This document shows positions 27,146 to 38,999 of a DNA stretch of 64,000 bases, one piece after another. A model generated the notes under the pieces. It saw only the letters and a list, made by a program, of their open reading frames with translations. It searched no databases and had not been told where the DNA came from. Position 1 is the stretch's first letter. Each line of letters starts with the position of its first letter. The stretch is taken from positions 20,416,001 through 20,480,000 of the forward strand of contig CP086569.2 of the NCBI GenBank assembly GCA_009914755.4, in the 5' to 3' direction. The position numbers and the translations under genes are program-made. The stretch is from the human T2T-CHM13v2.0 reference genome, Homo sapiens.

Positions 27146-27606
27146 ATAAAGCTACACTATTCAAGACCGTGTGACATTAGTAAAAGAATAAACAGATCAA
27201 AGAAACAAAATAGAATGTCAGACACGGACACATATAAATAAAGTCAACTTGTCTTTAAGAAACAAGCAAAGGCAATAGAAGTAATATAGAAAGAATAGTC
27301 TTTTTAACAAATGATCCTAGAACTCTACATCTACAGTAAAAAATAAATTTTTTTCACAAAAATTAACTCAGAATGAATTATATACCTAAATATAAAACAG
27401 AACCATAAAATTCTAGGATTTTTGAATCCTAGACTTTTAATGTAAGTTATGTATATAACAAAATTTTTATATATAAAAATACATGTAATATATATTTTTA
27501 CTTTATATATAAACATATAAGTTTTATAAATCAACTTGTACAGTACATAAAAGTTTAAGAAGATAACACAGGAGTAAATGTAAATTACCTTGGGTATGAC
27601 AATTGA

Positions 27607-27931
27607 CTTTTTTTTTCTTTTTGGAGATGGAGTCTCATTCTGTCGCCAGGCTGGAGTGCAGTGGTGTGATCTCAGCTCACTGAAACGTCTGCCTCCTGGG
27701 TTCAAGCAATTCTCCTGGCTCAGTTCTCCAGTAGCTGGGACTTCCTATCTCAGCCTCCCGAGTAGCTGGGACTATAGGTGCGGACAACCACACGCAGCTA
27801 AGTTTTGTATTTTTAGTAGAGATAGGGTTTCACCATGTTGGCTATGAGGTCTCCATCTCTTGACATCGTGATCCACCCACTTTGGCCTCCCAAAGTGCTG
27901 GGATTACAGGAGTGAGCTACCATGCCTAGCC
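27607..27931 (-). mobile_element. Alu, antisense, with ~13-bp TSD (c)aattgacttttt
   Basis: tttttttctttttggagatggagtctcattctgtcgccaggctggagtgcagtgg…ggagtgagctaccatgcctagcc. Flanks tgacaattgactttttt / caacaattgacttttt. Confidence 0.9.
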
Positions 27932-28991
27932 AACAATTGACTTTTTAGATACAACACCTAAGACATGCTCCATTTAAAAATAATAATAAGTTGGACTTAG
28001 TTATGATTTAAAAACTTCCATTATGCACTGTTAACAGAATTTAAAGATAAAGTACATTCTGCAAAAAATATTTGCAAACACATGAGTGATAAAGGATTAG
28101 TATTTAAAACATACAAAGAACCCTTAAAACTTAACATAAGGAAACAAACAACCTTATTAAAAATAGCTAAAATCCTCACATGGAGCACCAAAAAAACAAC
28201 AACAGCAAAGTAAAAGAACTGAAGAACTGAAGAGACACCTCACCAAAAAAGATATACAGATTACAAATAAGCATATAAAATTACTTTATGTCATATGTCA
28301 TTAAGAAATTACAAATTTAAAAAATGAGATATAGCTACATATCTGTTGGAATGTAGATAAACAATGAAAATACCAAATGCCATTGAGGATGCTCCAAATG
28401 GAGCAACAGAAACATTCATTCATTTCTGGTGGGAATGCAAAATTATAAAGCCACTTGGGGAGAAAGCTGGGCAGTTTTTTATAAAACTAAATAGAATATC
28501 ACCATCTAATTCAACAAGTACATTTTTTGGTATATACCTAAAGAAGCTGAAAACTCATGTTTATATAAAATCCTGCATTCGAATACCTACTGCAGCTATA
28601 TTCATAATTGCCAAAACTTGGAAGCAACCAAGATGTTTTTCAATAGGTGAATTATTAATAAACTGTGGTCCACCCACACAATTGAATATTTTTTAGCAAT
28701 AAAAATAAATGAGCTACCAAGCCACGAAAAACATATTGCTAAGTGAACGAACCCAATCTTAAAAGGCTACATACTGTATGATTACAACTATATAACATTT
28801 TGGAAAAGACAAAACTATAGAGAAAGTAAAAGGATCAGAAGTTGCCATGTGAGGGAGGAAGGAATGAATAGTCAAGAGCACAGAGTATTTTTAGGCCAGC
28901 GAAAGTATTCTGTATAATATACTAATAATGAATACGTTTCGTTACACATGTGTGAACAAATGTAGAATGTATAATGCAAAGAGTGAATACT

Positions 28992-29286
28992 GGCTGGGTG
29001 CGGTGGCTTACGCGTCTAATCCCAGCAGTTTGGGAAGCCGAGGCAGGCAGATCACGAGGTCAGGAGATGGAAACCATCCTGGCTAACACAGTGAAACCCC
29101 GTCTCTACTAAATATACAAAAAATTAGCTGGGCATGGTGGTGGGCGCCAGTAGTCTACTTGGGAGGCTGAGACAGGAGAATGGCGTGAACCCAGGAGGCG
29201 GAGCTTCTGGGGAGCCAAGATCAGGCCACTGCACTCCAGCCTGGGTGACAGAGTGAGACTCCATCTCAGAAAAAAAAAAAAAAAAA
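28992..29286 (+). mobile_element. Alu (AluY/S-like) with poly-A and TSD AAGAGTGAAT(A/C)C
   Basis: ggctgggtgcggtggcttacgcgtctaatcccagcagtttgggaagccgaggcaggcagatcacgaggtcaggagatgg…tctcagaaaaaaaaaaaaaaaa. Flanks aagagtgaatac / aagagtgaatcc. Confidence 0.9.
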
Positions 29287-30593
29287 GAGTGAATCCTTAT
29301 GTACATTATGGACTTGGGTTTATAGTAATGTATCAATATTGGTTCATCAGTTGGAAAAAATGTACTATACTAATTAATGCAAGATGACAAATATAAAAAC
29401 ATAGGGAGGGAAGATATGTGAGAACTTTCTATAATTTCAGGCTAATTTTTCTTTAAATGTGAAATTTCAAAAAATCTATTAACTTAAAAATAAATATTTT
29501 CATTTCTTATTCTTAATCTCCTTCCAGTTATAAAGTATCCAGAAATGTCCTGTTTGTATGATATCTGTTATCAAAAACTGGAGAAGAAAAGTGCTACAAA
29601 GAATCAGCAGAACTCCACTGGAGTTTCACCAGTTTGATATATTCAGGCTAATGCACATTACTATTGCACAACACAAGAGCCTTCCCTTGACCTGACTTCC
29701 AGTAAACAGTTTCCTTCCTCACACTTTGGAGAAAACGATATAGGGTGTTAATATATTCAGTAATATCATAAGGTGATGACAAACAAAAACCCAGAGGAGA
29801 TGGTCAATTTTTAGAAATTGTATCTGCTTCACTGGGCAGCAGCTGGAATCAAGGAGCTGTAAAGAACATCCCCTTCTTTGATTTGTGAAGTTGCCTAAAA
29901 TTGGCAAACTACACTGCCTGTACACATGGGGTCTTTACAAAGGGAGAAGGTGCTTAAGAAAGGCCTATATTAGGGAATCACTGCAGGCACCTGAGCAATT
30001 TTTAAGCCAACATCCAACATCCTTTACTTTTCAGCTCAAGTCATAAAGATATGAAAAAAAATAATAATAATTTATTTTTGACTTGGCTATTTTAAGTTGA
30101 AATTTTTATCTTTCTTATTTTATCATGTATTTAGAGAATTAAATTTTAATAGACCTTCTACTTTGTTCTTCATAGTTGCCTTGTAGAACTTGAGCCTCTT
30201 TTGACCTTATGACCAGTCCTCATCTTCTAATCCATCAGGTACAGGGCTCAGTTTCTGTGACTACTTTGCCTGGTGCTGTCTTTTCTCTCTGCAGCTCACC
30301 TCCTTTTGATCATAGCCAAGTATTCAGGTTGAAGATTAGACATTTTGACCATTCTGGCTGGCTCTCTCCCTGAATCTGAAACTATCAACAAAGAAGAAAC
30401 ACCGTTGGGGCTAATTAGGGTCCATCGTTAAAATATGCTGAACTTAAGCCCATAACTCCTCCCATCTTATGTTGTTATTCACAAATTAAGCATTTATTTG
30501 GGGTAATAAATCAATAGGTTTATGAGAAGTTTCACAGACAGCCAAAAAGGGAGAAAACCCCTCTCCAGAAATCTTCATTAAAAAGTTGAGTGA

Positions 30594-30888
30594 GGCCGGG
30601 TGTGGTGGCTCAGGCCTTTAATCCCAGCACTTTGGGAGGCCAACGTGGGCGGATCATGAGGTCAGGAGTTTGAGACCAGCCTGGCCAAAACAGTGAAACC
30701 CCATCTTTACTAAAAATACAAAAAAAAAATTAGCCAGACATGGTGGCACCGGTATTTTGGAGGCTGAGGCAGAAGAATCACTTGAATCCAGGAGATGGAG
30801 GTTGCAGTGAGTCAAAGTCGCACCACTGCACTCTAGTCTGAGCGACAGAACCAGACTCCATCTGAAAAAACAAACAAAAACAAAAACC
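30594..30888 (+). mobile_element. Alu with TSD TGAGTGA
   Basis: ggccgggtgtggtggctcaggcctttaatcccagcactttgggaggcc…ctgaaaaaacaaacaaaaacaaaaacc. tgagtga at 30587-30593 and 30889-30895. Confidence 0.9.
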
Positions 30889-31229
30889 TGAGTGAACAGA
30901 ACTGGGGTGTCTCTGGTGCACCCCTAATCTGGTGTCTTCACCTTTCCTACCTTCTTGCTAGCTCTCAACTGCCTGACCCAGCCCATCTCACATCTTTTTG
31001 CCCACATCTGTGCTCCTGGGAGAGATCTTGACGAAGACAGCAAGTTCATCCCGCCCACACCCAGTGCTGGCCCGCAATTGGCTGAGCTTGCAGTAAGGAC
31101 GCTAGCCAGAGAAGCAAAGTTTATTTCAACTTAATGTATGATCTTCCCTGGATTTGTGAGCTACCCTAACTCAACATCCTCCCCTCAGTTTGTACTCGTC
31201 TACAGTAGGCTTTCATATTCAACTAAGGG

Positions 31230-33090
31230 TTAGAAAGCACTTTCTTTCCAGGTACATTAAAGCTGGGACCGGGAGTCTGGGCCAGTCCTATACGACGACT
31301 TTGGAAGACCTCGAAGGAAAGGATAGCCTAGGAATCATCTCGTTTGGACCTCCCTCGCCCTACCACGTGCATAGTCTCTATGGACTAATGCTCTCTATGT
31401 ATAGTAGGTTCCAGCGGAGTATAGGAGAGCTAAAAATAGAAAAATCCTTACTCGCTGGGACACAGGGAAGACATAGGAACGACTACGCTTTTTCTTTAAT
31501 ACCGAACCCAAGTCACTCTTGCACTTTATTGTCAGCACACATTCTGACTGTAAAAGCCTTTACTGCCGCCACGCGAGAGAGTTCGAAATATTGTTCAAAT
31601 ATTTCTGCACTTTAGACAAACCCATCTTATCAGTACAGAAGCTGGACTCTATACTCCATTCGGCCGAGGCTTGCAACCTGAATCAACGGCATCTCCACCT
31701 CTTTTGGAGATCCCATCCTTTTGTGGGGGAAGGGGTCTCGCTCTGTCGCCCAGGCTGGAGTGCAGTGGCGTGATCCGGGCTCGCTGAAACTTCTTCCTCC
31801 CGGGTTCAAGTAATTCTCCTGCCTCAGCCTCCCGAGTAAGTTGGACTTACAGGCACCCTCCACAACACACGACTAATTTTTCTATTTTTAGTAGAGAAGG
31901 AGTTTCACCGTATTGGCGAGGCTGGAACTCCTGACCTTGTGATCCACCCGCCCCCGCCTTCCAAAGTGCTGAGATTACAGCTGTGAGCCACCGACCCTGG
32001 AGATCCCATCTTTTACCAGGCTGGCTCCTGAAAGGGTGAGAAGCTGCTCAATGCACACGCGGGACAAGTCGGGAAATTAGCTGTAGGTGCACAGGATAGA
32101 GGAGGGAGGGAAGGCCACAAGATTTATTTAAAGATGTTCAACAAGAAGCGAGAGAGACACGCACCTGAAAACCTCTGAGCCGTGAAATCTCAGGAGTCCT
32201 ATTTTAACTCGCGGACGAGTAGTTTCCGGTCCCTACTTAGCTCAGCCGCGAGTCTCTCTGACAGCACATCAGCAACTCTGCAAGCCCTTCAGTGCCTAAA
32301 TGGATTTCGAACCTTGCTTGCATTCTGCTCTGCTGCGAAGGCTCTCCTAATTCCCCACCTCTAACTTGTCCCAACCCACATCCTGCCTCCCTGGGTAGGA
32401 GCCAGCGCCTTGCCTCTGGGGCTTCGCTAGAGAAGCCTAGGGCGCGGTCGTTTGCATCCATCCCTGCGGTTGCAATTCCCAAAGCCTTAGCAATTTGCCA
32501 CTCTATCACAGGTGACTGAAACTTCACACTAGCCTTGCTCACCTTCATGACAACCTCCCAAACCCGCTTGCTTTGCTTTCCTTGCCACTTGCAGTGAGTT
32601 TTCTTTAGAGTGGAACCCAGATTCCGCCTCGAAGTTTTGTAATTTGCAACAGCATAAAGGGAACTGAAGAACATTATGTTAAGTGAAATATCTCAGGCAC
32701 GGAAAGACAGACTTTTGAGTCAGCGGCCGAACTTTGTGCCTAAATTCTTCGCTGCGAACGATACCAAGATAAGCCCAAGCTATGGGACATCAGGCCAAGA
32801 AGTGCTCACACGCAAGACAGAACAAAAGTGGGAGAAGCAAAGCAAAACACTTCAGGTCGACCAAAAAGATTGGCAAGCGCAGGCAAAAGGCTAGAACCAA
32901 AATACTGGAGATCAGGAAGTGTGTGCACAAGTCACTGACGCTATAGGAGTAGCCAATATATATGAGCCTTGCATCTCATACCACATTTAGCCCACCCAGT
33001 CACCAGCACCGGGATCTGCAGCCTCTACTTGTCTGTCTGTTTAAGCCCTGCCAGCGAGTAGCAGAGCCTACAGCATGGTCTTCACTGTTC
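31230..33090. promoter_or_regulatory. CpG-non-depleted segment (candidate germline-hypomethylated CpG island / regulatory element) with only ~47-50% GC
   Basis: Hand count gives ~19 CpG in 31250-31700 at ~47% GC (obs/exp ~0.75) and ~34 CpG in 32040-32940 at ~50% GC (obs/exp ~0.6). The surrounding sequence runs at ~0.2. Examples: ctatacgacgactttggaagacctcgaagg, gccgccacgcgagagagttcgaaat, aactcgcggacgagtagtttccggtcc, gggcgcggtcgtttgc, cagcggccgaactttg…ttcgctgcgaacgatacc. Confidence 0.5.
31722..32000 (-). mobile_element. Alu (antisense) inserted inside the CpG-retaining segment, 15-bp TSD GAGATCCCATC(C)TTTT
   Basis: gggtctcgctctgtcgcccaggctggagtgcagtggcgtgatccgggctcgctg…gtgagccaccgaccctgg. Flanks gagatcccatccttttg / gagatcccatctttta. 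The Alu keeps about 12 CpGs. Confidence 0.85.
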
Positions 33091-35586
33091 TGGACCCCTT
33101 GGTGCCTGCCATTCCCTGGGCTGAGGACACAAGTAGTGGCACTTTCTCAGGGCATGAGCACAGCAGTTGCTTAGCTTCTATCTCAGTCCTGGTGGCTAAA
33201 GTCAATAGTCATCTTTAACTCCATGGTGCAATAGGGACTGGCGCTTTCTCTGTATGCATTTTCCACTCCTAGTCATCAATAGAAAGAAACTTATAGTACA
33301 ACCTGCAGAACAAGAAACAGTACAATGCAAGAATAAATCCCCAATCTGAGGTTCTCTGGTTCTTTTCTGGCTCAATCACAGTCACTCCCTTTCCCATTAT
33401 TTCTTTTTTAGCAGGCTGCTCAAACTTGACATTAAGCAAACTGCTTTTCCTACAGGGCTATCTGTGCCCATACGCTATCCACTCCCCTCCCCTCACCCAT
33501 TCCTTTCCACCACCACCACCACCCACACACATCGAGTCATTCTAACTCTTCTTATTTCCCAACAGGCTTCTGGGACAACAAATAATCTGTCTTGTTCTAG
33601 TTTACAAAGGTGAGGACAAGAGGATATTAAGGTGTCTAAACACTCCTGCAAGAACCAGAATTCAGAAGAAGAGGAAGTTCCCAAGTTAATAGTTGCTTTT
33701 TCAGATAATTATGTGTCCAGAAAAAAATATTTTCTTCTTTATCAAGGCATAAAAACACGATTTGTTCTGTCCTTACAGAGAAAGAAAATTGTGATAAACG
33801 AATGGAGTAGGGACAGAAGAGAATAAATGCACATCTCTGAAATATGCAGTTTTCATTTTCCAGTATGGAAACATGAGAGAAACTGAGTTGAAGGATTTTG
33901 GATCCTAATCAAGTTAAATTATGTTATGTTAACAAATTGAAGTGCTTTCCTCTACCCTTTATGTTGAGTTATATTATCTACTTTACATACTATTTTTATT
34001 ATATCTTAATATCAGTATGAACTAAGTTGGAGATCTTGCTGTCATTATAACCTATTGAGTAATCATTTCAGAAAAAACATCATGTAATAGTATTTCTAGT
34101 AAGAGATACATTGGAAAGGAACTGTTGGAAGATGACAGTTAATAATATCTGGGCCACAGCTCTTTGTAAACCTAATAGCTGTTAGAGAGCCACTACAGAG
34201 AAAAAAATATTCTACTCTCTCAGAACTAACATATATAAATAAAGCTGATACCTGAGCCTTCTACAGATTCATCCCTGGCTTACTATTAGGTCTAGCATCC
34301 TGAAAGTGTGTAATGTAGGCTTTTTAAGGCCAACCTTTACCTATTTTTATGAAGTTCAGCTCTAGAGGTTATAGGAAACTCTAAAAAAAATGTACCCCTC
34401 AAAGGAAATGACATTCTACAGGCAGATATTGCTATACAGTGGCTACAGTTTTATCACTAGCAATATTGAGCAGGTGTCACTACCAGACTCCTTGAACACT
34501 TCCTACAGGTTGTGTCCTCCTCCATATGCCACCATTTGAAGCAAAGGCAATAGTTGCACCAAGAGAGACACACCCTCCAATATCTGCCCTAAAGTGTTAG
34601 TCTAGAATATAAAGAACTTGAAGTAAAAAGAAAAAAAAAATCTAAAAAACAAATTGTTTTCATATTTGAGTTTGAAAAGCTATGAAATGTATTTTAAGAT
34701 GCCACACTGGCAAAATTTGATCAGTTTTGATGGACACATTTCCTTGGTTTCTTATTTACCTTCCCTTGCAATATGATGGATTATTCTTTTTTTTCCTTAT
34801 TGCCTAGATAAAAAAGAGTCTGTGCCTTAGTAGAATAATTTTCTCCTCATTATTTGTCTTCATTTTTTTGAAGGAAAAAATACAAAAAAAGTTTTCCACT
34901 TTTGAATGTAATATTTTTCAAAATCACATATTAACTTCTTCACTTCTGTATTTATTTTTACATGTTTTATTGTCTCCTTTAAGTGGGTAACCAAATATTG
35001 TTTCTCAGACACCAATGGTCCTATCTTAATGAAATGTTCACATACCCTTTGAGCTTTTTTCCCCTTTCCAAGTCAGATTAATTATAAAATGGAATAAAAT
35101 AAAACTTTCGGGGTATATTTTATACCTAAAATGATTTTTGAGATTTTGACTCTTAGAAAAATCACAAATATGTGTTATTTCATATTAAGAAGAAAATCGA
35201 TGATGATAAAATTTATTTGATATGGTACTATTAAAGTGTTTTATTAGAGCTATCAAATCGGAAGGCATACACAGACTACCCTGTGTTAAATTTGAATAAA
35301 CAAAACCTTATTTACACACATAGTTCAGAAATCATATGCTGTACCTGAAGTTCCTAAAGATTTGTCAATAAACTTGCTCTCTAGTATGTTTTTTTTTAAA
35401 TCAGAATACTGTGGTTACTTAGCCTGATATTAAGCCAAAACAATATGGCATTATCAGTAATAATTTTTTAAGATATTAACTTCATCACAACTTTACATTT
35501 TCAGTTTAATACACCATCTTCTGGCCCACTAATTTCTATTGGGATGCATCTCTTAAGTTTTATTAAAATATAGATGGTGTATTAAA

Positions 35587-35745
35587 ATACTGGCTGAGCA
35601 TGGTTGGCGCACACTTTAGGAGGCTGTCACACTCATATGGTTGGCTGGCACTTTAGGAGGCTAAGGCAGGAGGATTCCTTGAATCCAGAAGTTGGAGAGC
35701 AGCTTGGGCAGCATAGTGAGATCCTGCCTCTCCAACAACAAAAAC
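35587..35745 (+). mobile_element. Alu-monomer-like fragment (FLAM-like) with a small internal duplication
   Basis: ggctgagcatggttggcgcacactttaggaggctgtcacactcatatggttggctggcactttaggaggctaaggcaggaggattccttgaatccagaagttggagagcagcttgggcagcatagtgagatcctgcctctc. Confidence 0.5.
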
Positions 35746-36362
35746 AAAATATATACGTGGTTAGGATATTCTCCAGATTCACTAAATTTCTTCACTTAAT
35801 ATTCTCGGTATATTCTTAATACATTGTTTCTATGTTCTTAACACATTTTCACTATATTCATTATAAGTATGCACATTCTCCTAAAAAAGTATAAAATTTC
35901 AAGATATTTTCCTGTCTGGGAAAAATTTATCTATTTTTGTATCAGATATGTTATTCAGTACATTATTTGAAAATAGTCATTCTTATCTCTGTAGACATTG
36001 TTTTTAAACTTTTTTGTATTAGCTTTGTTTTGCAAACCACAAATGCAATTAAATTTCCCTGTCAGTTCCAATTTTTTTTTATTATTAACTCATCAGATAT
36101 TTTATGTTTAAAAGTGATTAGTAATAAGTTAATTATGGCCATTTTAAGCATTGTTTATCTAAAGATAGCTTTTTATTTGCTTCTATGAAAGCTCAAGCTC
36201 TTGCAATCAGCTACAGGCCAGAGTACTTCATTTTCAACACGGAAGTTCTATTTCAGAGCCCCATAGTTCTTTACATTATTGACACTTCAAATAAAGCCTT
36301 GGCTACATTCTTCTGATGACATAGCTTAGACAATTTTGAGACAGAGTCAGGATTTCCAGTCT

Positions 36363-36500
36363 CTTCTCTGATTTTTATTCTTTAGAGTTGGGGTCTCACT
36401 ATATGGCACAGGCTGGTTCAAACCCCTATTTCAGGGGATCTGCCTACCTCAGTCTACTGAGTAGCTGAAACTACAGGTAGGTGTCCCACTGAACACCTGG
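36363..36500 (-). mobile_element. Alu fragment (antisense, diverged)
   Basis: tttagagttggggtctcactatatggcacaggctggttcaaacccctatttcaggggatctgcctacctcagtctactgagtagctgaaactacaggtagg. Confidence 0.5.
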
Positions 36501-36805
36501 CTCAAAACTCTTTTTAGTAGAAAAGTAATTGGGTTCATGACACTATTAATTCAAGGTCTAGCAATATAAGAATTATATTCAGGTTACAAATACCTGAATG
36601 AACAAATAAGGAAACATTCTTTGAAATATTCTTGACATTATTTTAAGTCTTTAGATCTGGACACATAAGAAGTCTTTTCTCTTTCTTTTTAAGCTATCTG
36701 TAATGTATAACAATCTAGTAGGTTCATTATGCTTTTTAAAATGGAAATTAAGCTTTTGTAAATAAAATCTTATCCTCCTTGCCTGATGGCTTCAGAAATT
36801 GAAAA

Positions 36806-37428
36806 CTCTTTTTTTTCCTTAATTATACTTTGAGTTTTAGGGTACATGTGCACAACACGCAGGTTTGTTACACAGGTATACATGTGCCATGGTGATTTGC
36901 TGCACCCATCAACTCGTCATTTACATTAGGTATTTCTCCTAATGCTATCCCTCCTCTAGCCCACCATTCCCCAACAGGCCCCAGTGTGTGATGTTCCCTG
37001 CCCTGTTTCCAAGTGTTCTCATTGTTCAATTCCCACCTATGAGTGAGAATATACAATGTTTGGTTTTCTGTCCTTGTGATAGTTTACTGAAAAACATGGT
37101 TTCCAGCTTCATCCATATCCCTGCAAAGGACATGAACTCATCCTTTTTTATGGCTGCATAGTATTCCATGGTATATACGTGCCACATTTTCTTAATCCAG
37201 TCTATCATTGATGCCCATTTGGGTTGGTTCAAGTCTTTGCTATTGTGAATAGTGCCGCAATAAACATACATGTGCGTGTGTCTTTATAGCAGCATGATTT
37301 ATAATCCTTTGGGTATATATCTAGTAATGGCACCACTGGGTCAAATGGTGTTTCTAGTTCTAGATCCTTGAGGAATCACCACACTATCTTCCACAATGGT
37401 TGAACTAATTTACACTCTTATTAAGAGT
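36806..37428 (-). mobile_element. L1PA 3'-terminal fragment (ORF2 C-terminus plus 3'UTR) on minus strand, 3' poly-A at 36808-36817 seen as T-run
   Basis: Reverse complement of ttaattatactttgagttttagggtacatgtgcacaac matches the L1 3' end …GTTGTGCACATGTACCCTAAAACTTAAAGTATAAT. 37400-37428 reverse-complemented gives …[13 protein letters not shown]. Confidence 0.8.
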
Positions 37429-37434
37429 TTCTTG

Positions 37435-37725
37435 GCTGGGCATGGTGGCTTATGCCTGCAATCCCAGCATTTTGGGAGGCAGAGGCATGCAGATCGCTTC
37501 AGGTCAGGAGTTCAAGGTGTGCCTGGCCAAACTGGCAAAACCCTGTCCCTACCAAAAATACAAAAATTAGCTGGGCGTGGTCACACATGTTTGCAATTCC
37601 AGCTATTTGGGAGGCTCAGGCAGGAAAATCACTTGAACCTAAGAGGCAGAGGTTGCAGTGAGCCAAGATCGTGCTACTGCACTGAAGCCTGGGTGACAGA
37701 GTGAAGTTCTGTCTCAAAAAAATTA
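37435..37725 (+). mobile_element. Alu
   Basis: ggctgggcatggtggcttatgcctgcaatcccagcattttgggaggcagaggcatgcagatcgcttcaggtcaggagttcaag…gtgaagttctgtctcaaaaaaa. Confidence 0.85.
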
Positions 37726-37844
37726 ACAAAAATATTATTTTACTCATGTCTATATAGTATTTCCTCAGGCTTAAAAATAACCCATTATTCTTGGTAAGAG
37801 AACATAACTGGAAACATTGATAACACAATGAATTTTTTTTTTAA

Positions 37845-38108
<264 letters not shown>

Positions 38109-38317
38109 GTTGTTGAATACTGTGTTTTAAAATAATGTTCGTTTACTTAGATATGACCAGATACTTTCAAGGAGCTAAGGCTGACAGCGGGGAGCCAATG
38201 ATTACAGAACTCTCTTGGAAAAACTGATATGATATCAGGCTTAAGGATCTAGCTGTACAGTTAATAAGAAGGGTCACTTCCTGAGAGACATGGTATTTTA
38301 AGAACTTCAAAAATAGA

Positions 38318-38700
38318 TGGATTCCCCTGATATAGTTTGGGTATTTGTCCCCTCAAAATTTCATGTTGAAATGTGATACCAATGTTGGAGGTGGGACACA
38401 GTGGTAGTGTTTGGGTCACCAGGGCAGATCGCTTATCTATTAGTTACAGAAAGTTCTAGTTTTTAAAATAGTCCCCATCTTCTATTCTTTCTCTTGTTCC
38501 CTCTCTCACTATGTGGCATGCCTTCTGCCATGAGTGAAAACTTCCCAGGCCTTCACCAGAAACAGTGTTAGCACTATGCTTCTGGTACAATATGTAGAAC
38601 TGCAAGGCAAAATAGATCTCTTTTGTTTATAAATTACCTAGCCTTATGTATTTCTTTATAGTCAAAGTGGACTAATATATCACTCCAATATAGAGATGCT
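38318..38700 (+). mobile_element. ERVL-MaLR solo LTR (MST/THE1-like, diverged)
   Basis: tgatatagtttgggtatttgtcccctcaaaatttcatgttgaaatgtgataccaatgttggaggtgggacac…cttttgtttataaattacctagccttatgtatttctttatag parallels THE1/MST LTR landmarks. Confidence 0.6.
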
Positions 38701-38999
38701 GCAAGAAAAATCTGATGCAGAGTTCTTGGCCTTGTCTTCCTAGACAGAGAAGCTTTAAAAAGTCCACTATGAGAGTCTTTATAAAACCTTCAAGAATATC
38801 AGCTTTGACACATCTGTATCATAAATTGCCATTCATGTTAAACTTAGGAATATAGTCATATTGAACCTAATGAAACTAGCCTCGTTTTATGATCAGGAAT
38901 TATTGTTCTCTGAAAAGTTAAAAAACTGAATAGGAGAGACTGTATTTGTGAAAACTGCATGTTTACATACAGCAAACACTTCTTATGATCTGCAGTTTT

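Larger units (their letters stand above)
25458..29505 (+). mobile_element. Second LINE-1 (L1PB/L1MA-like) ORF2 to 3'UTR lying head-to-tail after the previous L1. Interrupted by the SVA (25746-27145), an Alu (27607-27931) and an Alu (28992-29286).
   Basis: The L1 ORF2 reading DFKVYYKAT|LFKTV… is continuous across the SVA once one copy of the TSD is removed. Later come …HFWWECKIIKPLGEKAGQFF… and an L1 3'UTR ending ~29500. Confidence 0.7.

Noticed and set aside
32182-32674. 145-aa (minus) and 60-75-aa (plus) ORFs inside the first CpG-retaining segment
   Set aside because: They have no recognisable domain or family similarity and no splice or poly-A context. GC-moderate, CpG-rich DNA produces ORFs of this size by chance. 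I keep them only as context for the regulatory-island finding.
32655-32730. Short stretch translating to MLSEISQARKDR…, which resembles the extreme C-terminus of L1 ORF2 (…IMLSE.SQ…K…)
   Set aside because: The match is only ~70 bp and the flanks are not L1-like. It is possibly a tiny ancient L1 3' fragment, which is too weak to annotate.
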